Origin: Eledone cirrhosa
Taxonomy: Eukaryota
Assembly: GCA_964016885.1 (NCBI GenBank)
Contig: OZ024761.1
Span: 4,650,001-4,714,000 of the forward strand
DNA: 64,000 nt
Direction: 5' to 3'
The notes beneath the pieces were generated by a model. It worked only from the letters and a program-made list of their open reading frames with translations, had not been told where the DNA came from and did not search any database. Below, in pieces: positions 41,677 to 58,534 of the stretch. Positions within the stretch are counted from its first letter, which is position 1; the number at the start of each line of letters is the position of its first letter. The position numbers were made by a program, and so were the translations under genes.

Positions 41677-42484
41677 CGTGGAATAGCAGGTCTCTTGCTA
41701 GAGGTAGGCTATTCAATGAGTTGGTAAATCGATGAAGATAATCGCGAAACTTGGAGTAGAAACTCTTCAATAAATAATTTTCCTCTATTTCTGGCTTCAG
41801 TAGATTTTCTCTCTTGTATGTAAATTCCAACGTACACACATATATAAATACATATATATATATATATGGGTGTGTATTTGTGTATTTTTAGATAGGTTTA
41901 CATGCGTGTATGTGTGTGTGTATTTAATATATATGTGAGATCGATCATAGGGCTGATCAACCAACGATACATTTCAAGACAAAATTAAAATATACAAAAT
42001 CCAGAGTATTAAAAGTTATCCAACAGAACGCGGTTTAATTATATTTTATAAATACATTCATATATAAATAAATACTAAAATATATTATATTCATATATAT
42101 TTACATATATACATACTATATATTATATATATATACACATTTATAAACTATATTTAACCCAAATAATATATATATATTTATATGTTTATCTATATATAGA
42201 TATTTGTTTATATGTGAGCTGGTGTAAAATTGTATTTTTGTTTCAGTTTGTATTTAAAAAGAACTTATTTGTAGAAAGTTGTAAGAAAGTTTGACGGTAG
42301 ATGAAGGTGTTAATCAAGCTGTAATTAAGTTAATTAAAATGATCTTATTGATGAGATGGGATGAAGTGAGCCTATTACCTGTTGCTCTCACCCAGGCTAC
42401 TGTGGAGGTCTTACCTATCTACCTAACTTATATCTCACAATCATTCATCTGTAATTTTCCGATCTACCCGCTCCTCCTGCTTTC

Positions 42485-44952
<2,468 letters not shown>

Positions 44953-45114
44953 ATTTTTTTAAAGTGAGGAAAGGATTTGCATTAAGTCCAGAGTTAACGC
45001 CATAGCTATAAAGTGTGACCCCAACAAAATCGACCGAACGCAACAGCTTTAGATACAACAAAATTATGATATATACATATATATATATATGTGTATCTAT
45101 ATATGCATATATAT

Positions 45115-45340
45115 AAAATAAAGTTAAATAAAAAGTCAAATGTTTAAAATTTAGCTTTGTTTATTGCTGCTATATATATTTCAGTGACAGCCATCTTTGG
45201 CTGTGACCTCTTCAGACAGTCTGAATTAGTGTGGTATAGACAAGTACATATGTTGTTGAGGTGTATAATATTGTCAATACTCTGATATGCCCAGTTCCTG
45301 GTTGGGTTGTTATTTCACTGAGGAACTGGAATCATATGAA
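45115..45340 (-). mobile_element. PLE-derived repeat with hammerhead (45166-45220)
   Basis: Reverse-complement homolog of 25170-25398. Confidence 0.8.
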
Positions 45341-46052
45341 TTCAAACAAACGAATTTCAGTGTCAAAGGGCCTCTTCTCCTCTCATTGGTCAGTTGTTAG
45401 AACATTCCTTATTCTAAGTGTTGTTATTGTTGGAGTTAGCTTAAAAAATTGATAAAGTGGTAGAAGGGACAAGGTGTTAAACGAACAAAATAACAAAAAA
45501 AAGTGTCAAACTTCCCATTGGTCAGTTCTGAGAGCATTCCTCCGTCAGAAGTCTATAGAATTCATTCTGGGGTGAGGCTCCCTGTAGTGTTTGTGTTTGC
45601 TATTGTTAAGTACATTTGACCTCTACCATTATTTTGGTAGTGTTGTTGGTGTTGTGGTCAGCTTATGTCTTGCTTCTGTTGACAATTTAGAAGTATCTGT
45701 GTGTGTTTTTTCTTCATCCCTCCTGCCACCATCTCTCATAGTAGTGGTGTTGGTGGTGGTGGTGGTGGTGGTGGTGGTGGTGGGGGGGGGGGGGTTCTTC
45801 CATGTATATGAAGAAATATAAGGCAATAAATGAAGAAAACAGAAAATAAATAATATATTCAGAAATAATTTCTGAAGACGGCGGGTAGGGAAGACGTATG
45901 TAAATTTTCTTAATTTGATAATTTGTAATATATTTTACATAGATGACTAATAGAATGAACATACAGAGAACTACCCCCTAGAAACGATCGTAAAATAATG
46001 AGTTTTACTATGAATTACCCGTATTTTGTTTAATTTCATTGTTTTCACTATT

Positions 46053-46109
<57 letters not shown>

Positions 46110-46249
46110 ATACAACTGGCTATCCGCAAAATACATATAGTTAGCACCCCAAACGTAAAATTGGGATTATACTAAGGTATATCCTAATGTTTGTTGAGTG
46201 AGATGGAAGCCGGTCGGAGTATTGCTTAAAGCTTTCTCTGTTAATGTAT

Positions 46250-46299
<50 letters not shown>

Positions 46300-46301
<2 letters not shown>

Positions 46302-47215
46302 TGGTTACACAACAGTTAGTTCACCATACCGAGAACAATTGTTTCACCTTAGCGGATCCTCAGCTCGTAATGGACATGGTTATACGGAACAGGAAGGACA
46401 ACCGTACAAACGCGCATGCGCAGAAACGATCACTTTACAGGCAATACTAAAATGCGTGCGAGAGGTGTAAGGGAGATAACTGCGAAAGTACGAACAGTTT
46501 CCAATTGATAAGAAAATTAGGATGTTGTTGCAATTCAATCCGGAGCTTTGTAGTTAGGTAAGAGGTGTTTCGAGACGTGCGGACAACGTGTGAAGAATTC
46601 ATTTCTCGCGTTTAGGCAATCGCTATTGCATAATCTCTTTAGAATATTTATTCGTTCATCAATACATAGTCCACACGACGGATTTCCCCTTGCATATGGC
46701 TTGGACTTAGTGATGGCTTTCCATTGAATGGAGTAGTCTATACTTGAGTCCTTGAGGGACCATACGTGGCTCGCGAGTTTCGTGGATGAACGTCTGTCCG
46801 GGTACCTAAAGGTCGACTGGTGGTTCAGGAAGCGTTCCTTAAATCGGCCCTCCGCCATGCCCACATAGGATTTGACCTCCTGTGATTGATTTGGTCGGTT
46901 GGAAGTGACCACAGCTTCATAAACTACAGCGGGTGTGTTGCATTGCTGTTGAAGGGGACAAGCTTCGGGCTTACGGCAGGAGCACCCTGGTGGGGTGTTG
47001 CTCTTAGGGCTGTTGGTGATGTGGGCCTTCATGTTCTTAGCGCAGGAGTATCCTAGTTTTACTTTGTGTCGGTTAAAGATGGAGCGGTATTTATGACCTA
47101 TGGGAAAGTGTCTATCTAAGAGGGCTAGCAATTTTTTGCCTACATTGGTTTTAACGTTGAGTGAGAAGGGAGGAGAGAACCAGATAGTTTGTCTATTGTT
47201 ACGCTTGATCATCAT
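46300..47215 (-). mobile_element. Penelope-like element 3' part with open GIY-YIG frame (46535-47215)
   Basis: IWFSPPFS, CSC...CPL...C, VVYEA..SYVGMAE..FKER..NH, CGLCIDE, LNARNE..CPH. Confidence 0.93.
46330..46367 (-). ncRNA. Minimal hammerhead in the PLE 3' terminal repeat
   Basis: cgag-CTGAGGA-...-GAAAC-aatt-GTT-ctcg, about 170 bp downstream of the GIY-YIG stop codon. Confidence 0.7.
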
Positions 47216-47339
47216 CTATTTTCACTACATGACCACTACATCTTAATCGATGTTGAAATCTGAGAGACTCTATACTGGTAGACTGACTGCATTTAAGGAC
47301 TTCAGTGTCATTCACATACATACATACAAACATTCAAAA

Positions 47340-48249
47340 GAGGAGGGCCATCAGTTGACAATAAATGTAAGCTATGTAAAACAAAGATTGAAGATGTTAG
47401 CCACATTGTTGCCAACTGTGAAAGTATGTCGTTTCGCTACTACCTCCCTATGAGACACAATGTGATAGCTAGAACCATCTAGAGCGCAATTAGGAAAACA
47501 AAATTAAAAACAAATGAGGAGGAATATATTGAGACAGATGGCACTAAAGAATACCGATGGAACCTGAAAATAAAAACAGCCACCAAATTAAAGCACAACC
47601 GGCCTGATATTGTTGTTTGGGACCACACATTGAAAACGTGTTCTGTTGTGGAGATCAGCTGCCCACTTGATGTCAACACTGTAAGAAACATACACGAGAA
47701 GGAGGACATCTACGGACGATTGATGAGGAGTTTGCAGATCCAGTATCCAAGATACACCTTCAGCTTCATACCCATCATTATTCGAGCTACAGGTTATATA
47801 CCAACTCGCTTGGATCAAAATATAACTGAACTTAGATTCGTGGACAAAGATCGCAGCTACCTAATTCCTAGACTACAAATGGCTGCGATAGCTGGTACCT
47901 TCAAAATTTGTAAAACGTTCTTGCGATTCAAGGGATGACAATTTCTTTTCTTTTACAACCTTGCCACCAGGAAGGTGGCCGGTCAAAAATGTACTCGAAA
48001 TTAAGAGAAAGAGAAATACATACATACATAGTTCACATGTACAGATACAAAGCATATGCACATGTACACATATAACTAAAAACATACACCTCCACACATA
48101 CAATAACAACCATACCTGCACACATACGCATGCATACAGACATGCATACCTAGTTGATGTTGTGTAAATTCCAATGAGAGTCTTGTAACTATGTTAGAAA
48201 CCGATTCTTTCTCTATTAGCAAACCTTTATAACATTATAAAACCAGAAC
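47340..48249 (+). mobile_element. 5'-truncated R4/Dong-like LINE (CCHC, RLE, 3' UTR)
   Basis: CKLC..EDVSHIVANC, YLPMRH, HNRPDIVVWD, VVEISCP; ends in (ATAC)n. Confidence 0.88.
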
Positions 48250-48282
48250 ATACATACATACATACATACATACATACATACA

Positions 48283-48314
<32 letters not shown>

Positions 48315-48319
48315 CTATA

Positions 48320-48525
48320 CAGTCAACGCGATCAGTCGCATATTTTGGCGTGGGAGACTATTTATTAAATTTAAGATGAATACTATCTCCGACAGTACAC
48401 GTACAGATACAAATCTACCTAGTTGATGTTGTGTAAATTCCAATGAGAGAGTCTTGTGTCTATGCTAGAAACCGACTCTCTCTCTCTATTGGTAAAACTT
48501 TATGAAATTAACAAACCAGAAGAAC
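48320..48525 (+). mobile_element. Short internally deleted derivative of the R4/Dong-like LINE
   Basis: 48320-48397 matches the LINE 5' end (48557-48634) and is fused to the LINE 3' terminus. Confidence 0.75.
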
Positions 48526-48556
48526 ATACGTACATACATATATACATACATTCCAT

Positions 48557-51500
48557 CAGTCAACGCGATGAGTCGCATATTTTGGCGTGGGAGACTATTT
48601 ATTAAATTTAAGATGAATACTATCTCCGACAGTAATGCCACAACTACAGCCAGGTTGAATAACTGGTTATTCTTCTAACTATCCCTTCTGAAGACACCTT
48701 TTATTCGAATTCGTAGAGATATCCGACTAAATACATAATTCCTTTTACAAGGATTTGCTACAAACAGCATGGCTGAACACAACATCAACAAGAAAATTAA
48801 GGAAGTATCGAAGACAAATAACAAAGAAGGTAATCAAACTTTATTCAGTTGTAGCTACAGAAGAAACCGAAATTATAAATCACATTTCTCTTGGAGTTGC
48901 GAACTTAATAATGATTTATTTAATTGTTATAAAATGGCAAAAAACAATCCCTCCATTGGCTATATGAATAGAATGAAGCTACACTGGGACGAAATGCACC
49001 CAGAGCTAAATTATTTCACAGCGAAACAATTACGCCAACAAGCGACGTTTGTTGAACGTAAAAATAACATAAATATTATTAATTGTAAGTCCCCCACAAC
49101 AAACATGGAATCAACAACACGTGCTACAGATCGCCATGCTACTAGACTTCCTAGCAGCCAGGTCGAACAGCGCCTTGAAACAACTATGCCTGTAAGAAAC
49201 TTGACACCACCTGTACCATCTAAGTCTACATCGAATGCTGGGGAAAACACTATCGATAATAATAATAATCGAAGAAATAATAATAATAATCGAATAAATG
49301 TGACACCACGTATACCACCCGAGTCTACCTCGACTGTTGTGGAAAATACTATCGATAATGATAATCAAAAGTATAAACAATTGAAAATTTCCCTCAACGA
49401 AATCTTCCAGAGAGAAATTAACTCATGTATAAATATCTCTCTTGCTGAACGTGTTAAAATGACAATGGTGAATAAAAAACCAAATAATGAAATACTACGT
49501 GTTATTGACGAAATAGGGGATGAATATTTACGACGGATAAAAACCCCAACATTTTGGCAAATCAACGCCTGTTTATATGCCTTAGCAATGACAGTGAAGC
49601 ATTATCTTGGTGATAGCAGAGATATTAACAAGAACAAAACACCACCAAAAATACCATCATATATAACTAAAATAGAAAAAAAGAGTGCTGACCTACGAAA
49701 AAACATAGGACATGTGACAATGCTCCTTACATGCAAACAAACACAAAAAACCTCACTCCTCACCAACAAAGAGTGAAAAATAAAATAGAGATGATGTTTG
49801 GTAACAGTAGAACCAGAACTCTCCAATATAAGCTGATCTCCAATATAGGCTGTCTTCTTCTTGGGCTACTATCCTAAGGTTAAAGACAGAGAGGGAGGAC
49901 TCTATTTTCACTGATAAAATAAAATATTGCAGGGGTATATTTCAGGGGGACAGTCTCTCTGTGATATTGTTCATCTTGTCATTAAACCCCTTGTCCTTTC
50001 TGCTTAAGAAATGTGAGGGATACATCATTGGCTCAGAGGAGGACAGAAATACGAAACTAACCCATAACTTCTTTGTGGACGATCTGAAACTCTATGGCAA
50101 GAACATGGATGGGATGAAGAAAAATCTTGACCTGGTTACAACGTTCTCAAAGGATATAGGAATGGAGTTTGGCCAAGATAAATGCTCATACATGACTGTA
50201 AAGCGGAGAAAAACAACAACCCAGTCTAGCAACATTGTCATCAATGGTCTAACTGTTTCACCGATATCTGATGAGGACTGCTACAGATACCTGGGGATAG
50301 ATGAGAACATATCCTATAATGGTATCTGTAATAAAGAACGCGTAACCAGGGAATACTACACCCGATTAAGAAAGATCTGGTCATCGGAACTCTCTGCGCA
50401 AAACAAAACAGTGGCTCACAATGTGTTTGCTGTGCCTGTCCTAACACCAACGTTTGGGATACTCAATTGGACGATAGACGAAATCTGAGCAGTTGATTTT
50501 GGAACTCTAAAAATACTGAACAACACCGGAAACTTCCACATCAACAGTGACATAAACCGCCTTTACTTGAAACGTAAGCAGGGAGGCAGAGGCCTAACAT
50601 CAGTCCAGACAACATTTGAATGTCGCATCATATCTCTCCGACAACATCTACGAACCTCGAAGCGTAGGAGCCCGCTTCTCGAGCAAGTCTATCTGCATGA
50701 AACAGATAAGATCATGAGAGTTGGGAAGGAACTCCTTGAGAGATATTCCCTGTGTGATAATCAAAAACTCACACCCAGGGATGTCGCTCAGCAGTATCGC
50801 AGTGAATCCATGGATGAAAAACTGCATGCCTATCAGCAAAAAATCATGCATGGATATGTTGCCAGGAAGCTCCAGAGTGAGAGTAATATAGATAAGGAAG
50901 GTAGTCTATCTTGGACCAACAACCGCTATATTGACTCCCACTTTGAAGGATATGCTTTTGCAATCGAAGAACAGGAGATTAGCACGAAATACCTGATTCA
51001 CAAAAGAGATAGGGATGCAGGAAAAACACCTAGATGTGATAACAAGTGCAAACTCTGCAGAACTAACATCGAGGATATCACCCATGACATCAGCAGCTGC
51101 CCAAAGATTGTCATCGCGGTACTATCTACCTATGAGGCATGATGTAGTGGCCAAAACACTGTACAATGCAGTTCGTAAAAAAGATAACCCCGATAATAAA
51201 CACATTAAAAGCTACAATAATGTGGAAGACATCCATGTACATAATATGAAAGAGTACTGGTGGAATGTTCCAGTGAAAACCCCAATAAAATGCAGGCATA
51301 ACAGACCAGATATTATGATATGGGACAGGGAGAAGAAAGCATGCACAGTAGTGGAAATTAGCTGCCCAACAGATGCCAATATAATATCAAAGATTAGTGA
51401 AAAGGAGAATATTTATGCAGAACTTATGAGAAATCTGCAGATACTCCACCCTGATTACACCTTCAGATTTATGCCTGTGATTATTAGGGCACTGGGATAC

Positions 51501-51866
51501 GTTAGTAACTGCCTCAATACAAATCTTGAGAAGCTAAGCTTCACAGGAACGGAAAGAACACAACTAGTTACGAAATTACAAGTACAATCCATTAATCCAA
51601 CAGTAAAAATATGTAAAACATTCCAAAAATTTTGCATCTAATAACTGCATATACACATGTACAGATACAAAGCATATACACATGCACACATACAACTCAA
51701 AACATACACATCCACACATACAATAACATCCATATCTACACATGCATGCATACATACATATCTACCTAGTTGATGTTGTGTAAATTCCAATGAGAGAGTC
51801 TTGTGTCTATGTTAGAAACCGACTCTCTCTCGGTAAAACTTTGTAAAATTATAAAACCAGAAGAAC
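48557..51866 (+). mobile_element. R4/Dong-like RLE-clade LINE, internally deleted and frameshifted
   Basis: GIFQGDSLS, FVDDLKLY, YRYLGI, GGRGL, CKLC, RHD, RPDIMIWD..VVEISCP; both ends present; (ATAC)n flanks. Confidence 0.92.
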
Positions 51867-52479
51867 ATACATACATACATATATGATGGTTACAAACTCA
51901 GCTAAGAGTACTGCAATCGCTTGTCAGATTATAGAGTTTGGTGCATTTGTAGGCTACGACCAGCCACACGAATCTGTAACAAATCCTGAACAAGCAATGT
52001 TGACCTTAGAAAGTGTTGACTTTAGCTGTGTCACCATTATATATATATGATAGCACCCTCCCAGCCTTCGCTCTCGTCTGTGCTTCACAAGACACCTATT
52101 GCCATCTGTCGTAGTCTCTAGTTTCATTAAAAGATGTTAAATGGTATTTAAATATGGCATAACATAATTTTTAAAATCTATTTAGAATATCTAAATAGAG
52201 AAAGTAATAAAGAAAATAACAGAAAAATGAAGTCTATGGAAATTATAAAACATTTACAGAACTTCAGTATATAAAATGTTGGTAACTTTTTTCTTTGGAG
52301 CATATATGCAGAGTTTGTTGGGCTTTCCTAGTCTGGAATAATTTACATACAATGGACCATGTAAGAAACATCTCTCTTCTAGATGGAGACTGACAACCTG
52401 CAGGGTTTGATCTTGGGACTTGTTAATGGTCATTATGTAACTGACTCTCACTGGGAATGGCATCATTTGAAATGGAAGG

Positions 52480-55400
52480 GGACATCTGTTGGTATTATCG
52501 GTACTCTAGGACATCTGTTGGTATTATCGGTACTCTAGGACATCTGTTGGTATTATCGGTACTCTAGGACATCTGTTGGTATTATCGGTATTCTAGGACA
52601 TCTGTTGGTATTATCGGTACTCTAGGACATCTGTTGGTATTATAGGTACTCTAGGACATCTGTTGGTATTATCGGTACTCTAGGACATCTGTTGGTATTA
52701 TAGGTATTCTAGGACATCTGTTGGTATTATAGGTATTCTATGACATATGTTGGTATTATAGGTACTCTAGGACATCTGTTGGTATTATAGGTACTCTAGG
52801 ACATCTGTTGGTATTATCAGTACTCTAGAACATCTGTTGGTATTATTGGTATTCTAGGACATCTGTTGGTATTATCGGTACTCTAGGACATCTGTTGGTA
52901 TTATCTGTATTCTAGGATATCTGTTGGTATTATCGGTACTTTAGGATTTCTGTTGGTATTATCTGTATTCTAGGACATCTGTTGGTATTATCGGTATTCT
53001 AGGACATCTGTTGGTATTATCTGTATTCTAGGACATCTGTTGATATTATCATTACTCTAGGACATCTGTTGGTATTATCGGTACTCTAGGACATCTGTTG
53101 GTATTATCGGTACTCTAGGACATCTGTTGGTATTATCGGTATTCTAGGACATCTGTTGGTATTATCGGTACTCTAGGACATCTGTTGGTATTATAGGTAC
53201 TCTAGGACATCTGTTGGTATTATCTGTATTCTAGGACATCTGTTGGTATTATCGGTATTCTAGGACATCTGTTGGTATTATCGGTTCTCTAAGACATCTG
53301 TTGGTATTATCGGTATTCTAGGACATCTGTTGGTATTATCGGTACTCTAGGACATCTGTTGGTATTATCGGTACTCTAGGACATCTGTTGGTATTATAGG
53401 TACTCTAGGACATCTGTTGGTATTATCTGTATTCTAGGACATCTGTTGGTATTATCGGTATTCTAGGACATCTGTTGGTATTATCGGTTCTCTAAGACAT
53501 CTGTTGGTATTATCGGTATTCTAGGACATCTGTTGGTATTATCGGTACTCTAGGACATCTGTTGGTATTATCGGTACTCTAGGACATCTGTTGGTATTAT
53601 CGGTACTCTAGGACATCTGTTGGTATTATCGGTACTCTAGGACATCTGTTGGTATTATCGGTATTCTAGGACATCTGTTGATATTATCATTACTCTAGGA
53701 CATCTGTTGGTATTATCTGTATTGTAGGACATCTGTTGGTATTATCGGTATTCTAGGACATCTGTTGATATTATCATTACTCTAGGACATCTGTTGGTAT
53801 TATCGGTACTCTAGGACATCTGTTGGTATTATCGGTATTCTAGGACATCTGTTGGTATTATCGGTACTCTAGGACATCTGTTGGTATTATAGGTACTCTA
53901 GGACATCTGTTGGTATTATCTGTATTCTAGGACATCTGTTGGTATTATCGGTATTCTAGGACATCTGTTGGTATTATCGGTTCTCTAAGACATCTGTTGG
54001 TATTATCGGTATTCTAGGACATCTGTTGGTATTATCGGTACTCTAGGACATCTGTTGGTATTATCGGTACTCTAGGACATCTGTTGGTATTATAGGTACT
54101 CTAGGACATCTGTTGGTATTATCTGTATTCTAGGACATCTGTTGGTATTATCGGTATTCTAGGACATCTGTTGGTATTATCGGTTCTCTAAGACATCTGT
54201 TGGTATTATCGGTATTCTAGGACATCTGTTGGTATTATCGGTACTCTAGGACATCTGTTGGTATTATCGGTACTCTAGGACATCTGTTGGTATTATCGGT
54301 ACTCTAGGACATCTGTTGGTATTATCGGTACTCTAGGACATCTGTTGGTATTATCGGTACTCTAGGACATCTGTTGGTATTATCGGTATTCTAGGACATC
54401 TGTTGATATTATCATTACTCTAGGACATCTGTTGGTATTATCTGTATTCTAGGACATCTGTTGGTATTATCGGTATTCTAGGACATCTGTTGATATTATC
54501 ATTACTCTAGGACATCTGTTGGTATTATCGGTACTCTAGGACATCTGTTGGTATTATCGGTATTCTAGGACATCTGTTGGTATTATCGGTACTCTAGGAC
54601 ATCTGTTGGTATTATAGGTACTCTAGGACATCTGTTGGTATTATCTGTATTCTAGGACATCTGTTGGTATTATCGGTATTCTAGGACATCTGTTGGTATT
54701 ATCGGTTCTCTAAGACATCTGTTGGTATTATCGGTATTCTAGGACATCTGTTGGTATTATCGGTACTCTAGGACATCTGTTGGTATTATCGGTACTCTAG
54801 GACATCTGTTGGTATTATAGGTACTCTAGGACATCTGTTGGTATTATCTGTATTCTAGGACATCTGTTGGTATTATCGGTATTCTAGGACATCTGTTGGT
54901 ATTATCGGTTCTCTAAGACATCTGTTGGTATTATCGGTATTCTAGGACATCTGTTGGTATTATCGGTACTCTAGGACATCTGTTGGTATTATCGGTACTC
55001 TAGGACATCTGTTGGTATTATCGGTACTCTAGGACATCTGTTGGTATTATCGGTACTCTAGGACATCTGTTGGTATTATCGGTATTCTAGGACATCTGTT
55101 GATATTATCATTACTCTAGGACATCTGTTGGTATTATCTGTATTCTAGGACATCTGTTGGTATTATCGGTATTCTAGGACATCTGTTGATATTATCATTA
55201 CTCTAGGACATCTGTTGGTATTATCGGTACTCTAGGACATCTGTTGGTATTATCGGTACTCTAGGACATCTGTTGGTATTATCGGTATTCTAGGACATCT
55301 GTTGATATTATCATTACTCTAGGACATCTGTTGGTATTATCTGTATTCTAGGACATCTGTTGGTATTATCGGTATTCTAGGACATCTGTTGATATTATCA

Positions 55401-56048
55401 TTACTCTAGGACATCTGTTGGTATTATCGGTACTCTAGGACATCTGTTGGTATTATCGGTACTCTAGGACATCTGTTGGTATTATCGGTATTCTAGGACA
55501 TCTGTTGATATTATCATTACTCTAGGACATCTGTTGGTATTATCTGTATTCTAGGACATCTGTTGGTATTATCGGTATTCTAGGACATCTGTTGATATTA
55601 TCATTACTCTAGGACATCTGTTGGTATTATCGGTACTCTAGGACATCTGTTGGTATTATCGGTATTCTAGGACATCTGTTGATATTATCATTACTCTAGG
55701 ACATCTGTTGGTATTATCTGTATTCTAGGACATCTGTTGGTATTATCATTACTCTCGGACATCTGTTGGTATTATCGGTACTCTAGGACATCTGTTGGTA
55801 TTATCGGTATTCTAGGACATCTGTTGATATTATCATTACTCTAGGACATCTGTTGGTATTATCGGTACTCTAGGACATCTGTTGGTATTATCGGTATTCT
55901 AGGACATCTGTTGATATTATCATTACTCTAGGACATCTGTTGGTATTATCGGTACTCTAGGACATCTGTTGGTATTATCGATACTCTAGCACATCTGTTG
56001 GTATTATAGGTATTCTAGAACATCTGTTGGTATTATCGATACTCTAGG
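52480..56048. repeat. 29-bp satellite (ggacatctgttggtattatcggtactcta), ~120 copies
   Basis: Direct tandem array. Confidence 0.98.
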
Positions 56049-56110
56049 TATAAATACGATGTCTCACTACAACATCCAGTGAGGATTTTGGCTTCGATAA
56101 TGTGAGGCTG

Positions 56111-56860
56111 TAGTTCAGTCACAACCATACGTATCCCTAGTTCAGTCACAACCATACGTATCCCTAGTTCAGTCACAACCATACGTATCCCTAGTTCAGT
56201 CACAACCATACGTATCCCTAGTTCAGTCACAACCATACGTATCCCTAGTTCAGTCATAACCATACGTATCCCTAGTTCAGTCATAACCATACGTATCCCT
56301 AGTTCAGTCACAACCATACGTATCCCTAGTTCAGTCATAACCATACGTATCCCTAGTTCAGTCATAACCATACGTATCCCTAGTTCAGTCACAACCATAC
56401 GTATCCCTAGTTCAGTCACAACCATACGTATCCCTAGTTCAGTCACAACCATACGTATCCCTAGTTCAGTCATAACCATACGTATCCCTAGTTCAGTCAC
56501 AACCATACGTATCCCTAGTTCAGTCATAACCATACGTATCCCTAGTTCAGTCATAACCATACGTATCCCTAGTTCAGTCACAACCATACGTATCCCTAGT
56601 TCAGTCATAACCATACGTATCCCTAGTTCAGTCATAACCATACGTATCCCTAGTTCAGTCACAACCATACGTATCCCTAGTTCAGTCACAACCATACGTA
56701 TCCCTAGTTCAGTCACAACCATACGTATCCCTAGTTCAGTCACAACCATACGTATCCCTAGTTCAGTCACAACCATACGTATCCCTAGTTCAGTCACAAC
56801 CATACGTATCCCTAGTTCAGTCATAACCATACGTATCCCTAGTTCAGTCACAACCATACG
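56111..56860. repeat. 27-bp minisatellite (tagttcagtcacaaccatacgtatccc), ~28 copies
   Basis: Near-identical units with two variants (cac/cat). Confidence 0.98.
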
Positions 56861-57049
56861 TTACGACAGCTAGATCATCAGAACTACTTCTCATCTAGCT
56901 GTCGTAACGGCTGGAGCTCAGCCGTCGGGGTCCTGACTCTTTTCCTATATATATATATATATATATATATATAACGAAGGAAAAGTGGTAAGGAACCAGG
57001 TGGACCATAACGCACCAAAGTACTCAATACTTGAGGTAGTAGAGTGGGT

Positions 57050-57093
<44 letters not shown>

Positions 57094-58534
57094 CATGGCT
57101 TAGTGGTTAAAGCATTGGGATTGCAATCGAAAGGTTGTGAGTTCTATTCTCGGACCGGGTGATGTGTTGTTTCCTTGAGCAAGACACTTTATTTCACGTT
57201 GCTCCAGTTTTACTCAATATGGCGGTGGATTGGCAGTATCGGTAGAGGGTCGGACGCCATGCTTTCCAGCATAGAGTTACGTCCTTTTACGATCTGAGTT
57301 CAAATCCAGCCGCGGTTGACTTTGCCTTTCATCCTTACGGGGTCGATAAAATAAAGTACCAGTAATGCACTGGGTCATTGCTGGCCTTGTGCCTAAAGTA
57401 GAAACAATTAATTTCAAAAACACCGAATATTCAAGACATTGTCAAACTGACATATGTTTCTGCCGGCCTAAAGACCTCCAATTGCAAAATTTCAAAATTT
57501 TAAATTCTGAAATTTTATCGTTTTATAACTAAACCCCAGGTGTTGATTCAAGGTCGGTGTCATCACAGTTTATTTATACATCATCAATATTTCACACAGG
57601 TTAAAATTTCATTACTCATTTATCATTCATTAGAAAAACAGAATAGGAGAATATTTTAAAAAATCTTTAAAAGTTCCAATGTTTATGTATGAGATCCTCA
57701 TATTCAAAAATCAAAATACACAGCACAATACCAAATTTACATATTAGTCCATTTAGTGCACGAAATAAAATTGAAAATTTATGCATACACGTCGGTGTGT
57801 GGTGTATCTATGCATCCATTGAATATGTATAGAATTTAGGTAGAGTTTCAATCTTCGATATCCTAAATTGAAGACATTTTTACAAGGGCGGTGCCCCAGC
57901 AAGGCCTCAGCCGGATGGCTGGAACAGGTATACACAATTTAAATACAAAAAACAACAACTGTCTTTCTCATTATTAAGCAGGTGTTTGGAACATAACATA
58001 ATACAGGTCTTTTCATAGAATTATGATGGAAGGATTTTAGATAAATCTAAATACTTTAAAAGTTTTGTATTGTAGAATCAGTTTCAGGTAGCAACAAACT
58101 AGTTCTCAGGGAGATTCAACGCCACACAGTATAGTGTGATAAGGCCAACCCATTTGAGCTGGCTGCGTCCATGCACACTTAGAATATCCACAGGTAAGTT
58201 ATTCACACCTAGCTCACCTAAATAGACAAAAGGAAAAGTACTATCTTTGTTTCTTTTGAAAATATTAAAAGAATTTTAGTTGTTTATGTGACTCTTCATA
58301 TAATATCATTAAAATCAGCATGGCAAACAAACTGGTCTTTAACACTACTATATGTACATACACACACACACATATATAACTATATGTATACACACACACA
58401 CACATATATATAACTATATGTACACACATAAACACATATACATTACATACATACACATACATACATAAATATACATGCATACATACATACACACATACAT
58501 ACACACACACATGCATACATACATACTCACATAT

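Larger units (their letters stand above)
52051..56860 (-). mobile_element. Helitron remnant (PIF1-type helicase C-terminus) interrupted by two tandem arrays
   Basis: RMVVTEL..HIIEAKILTG, DIVFIPRVPIIPTDVPFHFK, FPVRVSYIMTINKSQDQTL..HGPLYV..SR, in canonical order; degenerate 3' end near 52051. Confidence 0.88.

Noticed and set aside
48680-48725. Hammerhead in the LINE 5' UTR (CTGAAGA...CGAATTCGTA)
   Set aside because: GAAA core is incomplete and the stems pair poorly. Lone CTGATGA hits near 20188, 40705 and 59906 were also dropped for lack of a matching GAAA and stem.
56033-56857. 274-aa MVVTELGIR repeat ORF as a real gene
   Set aside because: The frame is open only because the 27-bp unit lacks stops; it derives from a broken Helitron.
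52480-56860. CRISPR-like array (27-29 bp repeats)
   Set aside because: Units are directly adjacent with no unique spacers, there are no cas genes, and the context is eukaryotic.
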